Source of the DNA: Abditibacteriaceae bacterium
GTDB taxonomy: Bacteria > Armatimonadota > Abditibacteriia > Abditibacteriales > Abditibacteriaceae
Assembly: GCA_965277285.1 (NCBI GenBank)
Contig: OZ255721.1
Span: 608,001-672,000, forward strand
Length of the DNA stretch: 64,000 nt
Direction: 5' to 3'
Shown here piece by piece: positions 60,972-64,000 of the stretch; position 1 is the stretch's first letter, and each line of letters begins with the position of its first letter. A program made the position numbers and the translations under genes. Under the pieces are notes generated by a model. It was not told the origin of the DNA and did no database searches. It worked only from the letters and a program-made list of their open reading frames with translations.

Positions 60972-61939
60972 TTTTGGGCAAGTTCATGCCGCTGACAACT
61001 GGCCATTGTCACCTGATTGAAGCAGCGCAACGAGCAAGCAAAAATCTGACGATCTTGGTTTGCTCGCTACTCAATGAACCAATCAACGGGCATTTGCGCT
61101 ATGAATGGGTGCGCGATACTTTTCCCGACGCGAACGTGATTCACGTAACGGACGAAGTACCCAGTTTTCCGCATCAGCATCCCGATTTCTGGCTTATCTG
61201 GCGCGACTTGGTTCGTCGTTATGCACCCAACGTTGATGCGCTTTTTACGTCAGAAGATTACGGCGAAACGCTGGCTCGGGTACTCGGAATCGCGCACGTT
61301 GAGGTGGACAAAGCGCGTGTGACAGTTCCCGTTTCCGCGACGCAAGTGCGTCAAAATCCGCTTGGGAACTGGCCGTTTATTCCGCCGACCGTTCGTCCGT
61401 ATTTCGTCAAACGCGTGCTGGTTTATGGGCCTGAATCAACGGGAAAAACAACGCTGTGCCGCCAACTGGCGCAGCAGTTTCAAACCGTCTGGGTGCCGGA
61501 GTTTGCGCGCGGTTTCTACGACCTTAAAGGTATCAAGAACGCGTGTTACGAAGATGTTGAGCGTATTGCGTTTGGGCAACAGGAAAGCGAGGAACGCCTC
61601 GCGCGTGACGCCAATCGTTTGCTGTTTTGCGACACGGACGCCATCACAACGACGATTTACTCGCGCCATTATTACGGGAAAACACCGCTTTTGTTGTCGC
61701 GTCTGGCCAATCAACGGCGATACGATTTGGTTTTATTTACCGATATTGATTTAAGGTGGGAAAGCGATCCACAACGAGATTTAGGTCATCGGCGCGAAGA
61801 ATATCGAGAGATTTTTGCGCAGGAATTAGGCTCGCGCCGCATTCCGTTCGTGACTATTCGCGGAACTGGAAGTGCGCGTTTGCAAGCCGCTATTGACGCA
61901 GTTATAGAAAATCTTGGCGTTATGTTTAACGAACCCTGA
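60920..61939 (+). CDS. nadR: NadR-like NMN adenylyltransferase / ribosylnicotinamide kinase (no HTH)
   Basis: GKFMPL..GH, F.SEDYG, VSAT..R, GPESTGKTT, PE..R, FCDTD. Confidence 0.88.
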   Translation: MEQNAEKSNASIANHGLVLGKFMPLTTGHCHLIEAAQRASKNLTILVCSLLNEPINGHLRYEWVRDTFPDANVIHVTDEVPSFPHQHPDFWLIWRDLVRRYAPNVDALFTSEDYGETLARVLGIAHVEVDKARVTVPVSATQVRQNPLGNWPFIPPTVRPYFVKRVLVYGPESTGKTTLCRQLAQQFQTVWVPEFARGFYDLKGIKNACYEDVERIAFGQQESEERLARDANRLLFCDTDAITTTIYSRHYYGKTPLLLSRLANQRRYDLVLFTDIDLRWESDPQRDLGHRREEYREIFAQELGSRRIPFVTIRGTGSARLQAAIDAVIENLGVMFNEP

Positions 61940-62018
61940 GCGTTAGCGACGGGTGAAATATAAGAGTCACAACGAACTACTACTATTCACCCGTCGCTTA
62001 CGCTTCGGGTTCGTTAAA
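61925..62018. repeat. REP-like inverted repeat, family A
   Basis: TTTAACGAACCCTGAGCGTTAGCGACGGGTGAA ... TTCACCCGTCGCTTACGCTTCGGGTTCGTTAAA; contains the nadR stop. Confidence 0.88.
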
Positions 62019-62053
62019 CGTAGGATCGAGTACTCGAAGCGCACCTTTGACAA

Positions 62054-62980
62054 TTATTTTCCGGCGAGTTCTGCTTTGTTATTGTGTTGATTTGCGAGTA
62101 TTTCGTCGGCCAAGGCTTTCATTTCCGGCACATCGCGCCATGAATGTTGAGCGACAAATCCCAGCACTTCTTCGGCGTGGCGCGTGTCATACAAAACGCC
62201 GTCCGGTGCGAGGTTTTCGACGCTCTGGCTGAATTGTGGATAATGTTCGCGCACCAGTTCGCGGATGTCATACGGCGTCCACGAATCGCGCGCCGAAATG
62301 ATGAGGCAATGATGACCTTCGACGTCGGCTTCGATGCCCAAGCGAAAAGCGCGCGCCGTATCGCGTTCGTCGATATACGTCCAGAACTCGTTCGATTTGT
62401 GCTTGTTCGAGTACTCGAACATACGCATAAACCACGGCGGCATTTCACTCGAAATGTGGCGCACGGCGGTCAAGCGCAAACAAATCGTCGTCATGCCGCA
62501 CCGCCGCGTATAAGTTGCCGCGGTTTCTTCATTGCACAATTTTGACAGTCCGTAAAGGTCTTGCGGCAGGCGCGGATGGTTGTCATCGACCGGCAAATAC
62601 TGCGGATCGAACGGGTGCTTGGGAAACACCATGCCGAAAGCGCAACACGACGAAGCCAAAACAACGCGCTGGATACCGTGCGCTTCCGCCGCCGCCAGAA
62701 CATACTGCGTACCCGCGACATTTACGTTGGTCAAGATTTCGTCGTTGTGCGGGCTGGGATTGGGAAGCGCCGCCAGATGAACTATCGCCTGGCAACCGCG
62801 CGCCGCACGCAAGAGCGCCAAACGGTCGGTGATGTTTTCGTACCAGACTTCGCAGCGTTCGCGCGCATCGTCCGGCAAAGGGTTTTTGTCCAGTGCGACA
62901 ACTTCGTGTCCTGCATCCAGCAATTCGCGCGTCACGCACGCGCCGACGCGCCCCGACGCGCCCGTCACTAAAACTCGCAT
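62054..62980 (-). CDS. NAD-dependent epimerase/dehydratase (extended SDR)
   Basis: VLVTGASGRVG, HLAA, ASS, YGLSK. Confidence 0.9.
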   Translation of the reverse strand: MRVLVTGASGRVGACVTRELLDAGHEVVALDKNPLPDDARERCEVWYENITDRLALLRAARGCQAIVHLAALPNPSPHNDEILTNVNVAGTQYVLAAAEAHGIQRVVLASSCCAFGMVFPKHPFDPQYLPVDDNHPRLPQDLYGLSKLCNEETAATYTRRCGMTTICLRLTAVRHISSEMPPWFMRMFEYSNKHKSNEFWTYIDERDTARAFRLGIEADVEGHHCLIISARDSWTPYDIRELVREHYPQFSQSVENLAPDGVLYDTRHAEEVLGFVAQHSWRDVPEMKALADEILANQHNNKAELAGK

Positions 62981-63171
62981 TCTGTTCCTTGTTTGTAAAA
63001 AGTTTGTAAAAAAGTTGGGAATTAAAACCGCAAGCGCCATAAATTTGGCGTAGGTTTCAACCGAAAAGTTCAACTTCGGATACTTGAGTTTGCGCGGTTG
63101 AACACCAAGATTCAAGCACTTTCCGAGTACTCGAATGCGAAACTTGCACAGAAGTTCGGGTTTCAAGAGTC

Positions 63172-63450
63172 TTAAAGCCTATTGGTTGTTCGTCTTCGAC
63201 TCAGCCAATAAACCACAACTGAACTTAATCCGGCGAACTTGAAATTTGGATCGATGTATTTTTCGATGACATAAAATGCGAAATAATACAGTCGGCAAAA
63301 TGCCCAAATCGCCAGCAACAATAACACGGCGTCGCGCCAATTCGAGTACTCGATGAGTAGCGTGACGACGCACATGACACCGATGACAGCGAATAAAATG
63401 GCTTTGAGATACATCCATTTCGCATTTTGCAAATCGCCCGTGATTTTCAT
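63172..63450 (-). CDS. Small membrane protein
   Basis: W.YLKA.LF, IWAFCR.YYFAFYVIEKYIDP.FKF.GL. Confidence 0.7.
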   Translation of the reverse strand: MKITGDLQNAKWMYLKAILFAVIGVMCVVTLLIEYSNWRDAVLLLLAIWAFCRLYYFAFYVIEKYIDPNFKFAGLSSVVVYWLSRRRTTNRL

Positions 63451-63565
63451 AATTCGAGTTTGTGGCAGCGCCATCCAAACTTCAATTGGATTTTTCCTGT
63501 GAGCTGAGCAAATGGACGTTTCTTTACGTGACGAAATTGGTCGTATATCCGTTACAATACGAACC

Positions 63566-64000
63566 ATGAAAATCTTTGTGCCGCGCCTTCGAATACTTGT
63601 TCCTTTTCTTATGTGTGTTGTGGCTTCACTTGTCGTTGTAGGATGTCGTCAACAAACGTCCGCGCCACCGCCGCCGTTGGATCGTTTTCAACAGCCGCAA
63701 ACAAATCCTCGCGCGAATCCACAAATGAATCCTAACGGCGGCTTACCAAATGGTGGGCTTCCCAATGGCGATCAAGGCTCGGGCGGCTTCAACATGAACG
63801 CGCCAATTTTGCCTAATTCCCAAATGACGCCCGGCGATACCTTGGACGTTACGGTCGCAGACATCGCGGTGCCAGGTTACACGAAAAAAGTGCGCAATGT
63901 TCCGTCGTCTGTGAAAAAACAGGTTTATGCGGAATATGGCATTGCATCGCGTTTGCCCAAGGAATATGAAGTCGATCACTTGATTTCGCTGGAGTTGGGC
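63566..64000 (+). CDS. Lipoprotein with HNH-like motif (3' end outside window; absent from ORF track)
   Basis: Hand translation MKIFVPRLRILVPFLMCVVASLVVVGC... (lipobox-like VVGC), LP...TPG, PGYTKKVRNV, YEVDHLISLELG. Confidence 0.75.
   Translation, partial: MKIFVPRLRILVPFLMCVVASLVVVGCRQQTSAPPPPLDRFQQPQTNPRANPQMNPNGGLPNGGLPNGDQGSGGFNMNAPILPNSQMTPGDTLDVTVADIAVPGYTKKVRNVPSSVKKQVYAEYGIASRLPKEYEVDHLISLELG

Larger units (their letters stand above)
468..63353. repeat. Highly iterated 12-bp palindrome TCGAGTACTCGA (63 perfect copies, hand count)
   Basis: Start positions: 468,1735,2301,2936,3555,4129,4509,5495,5663,7995,9597,10554,11084,11531,13538,14880,16380,16753,17736,18896,19575,21031,22789,23783,24691,25721,28058,28469,30897,33114,34557,35569,36355,38002,38702,40082,40748,42057,42576,43957,44187,44759,45488,46312,46727,48142,48372,48444,49086,50587,51463,52007,52975,54015,54532,55465,56503,58085,59061,60347,62026,62407,63342. 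Confidence 0.97.

Noticed and set aside
468..63353. Palindrome series as a CRISPR array or integron attC array
   Set aside because: Only 12 bp, irregular kb-scale spacing, mostly inside housekeeping ORFs; no cas genes or integrase.
468..63353. Palindrome as a cloning linker or adapter artefact
   Set aside because: Copies keep reading frames intact, encode conserved residues (ppk1 RVLEEA), have degenerate variants and form terminator stems with their flanks; a raw-read check is still advisable.

Overview
A 64-kb stretch of moderately GC-rich bacterial chromosome. The gene content and style suggest a soil or terrestrial lineage such as Armatimonadota/Abditibacteriota, but this is a weak inference. 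It carries mostly housekeeping and accessory genes: algI/algJ-like O-acetylation pair, gcvPB, pgi, tRNA-Leu, Nramp, nuoAB, glf, two-component genes, nadA, aroQ, two thioredoxins, holB-tmk, nfo, Fe-S genes (iscA/erpA, iscS, mrp), mscL, a TetX-like monooxygenase, a TipA-like MerR regulator, ppk1, pnuC-nadR. No transposase, integrase or CRISPR array is visible. The dominant unexplained signal is a 12-bp palindrome, TCGAGTACTCGA. I counted 63 perfect copies by hand (about 1 per kb) plus about 13 single-mismatch copies. They lie inside genes in all three frames (SSTR / EYS / RVL[DE] peptides), next to start and stop codons, and inside terminator hairpins, and they are more evenly spaced than random. 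This looks like a HIP1/DUS-like genome-wide signal of a type I do not recognise. On top of it are at least six families of REP/MITE-like inverted repeats that often supply stop codons, candidate Rex boxes at nuoA and nadA, a promoter-leader-terminator upstream of nadA (riboswitch candidate), and several frameshifted or nonsense-disrupted genes.
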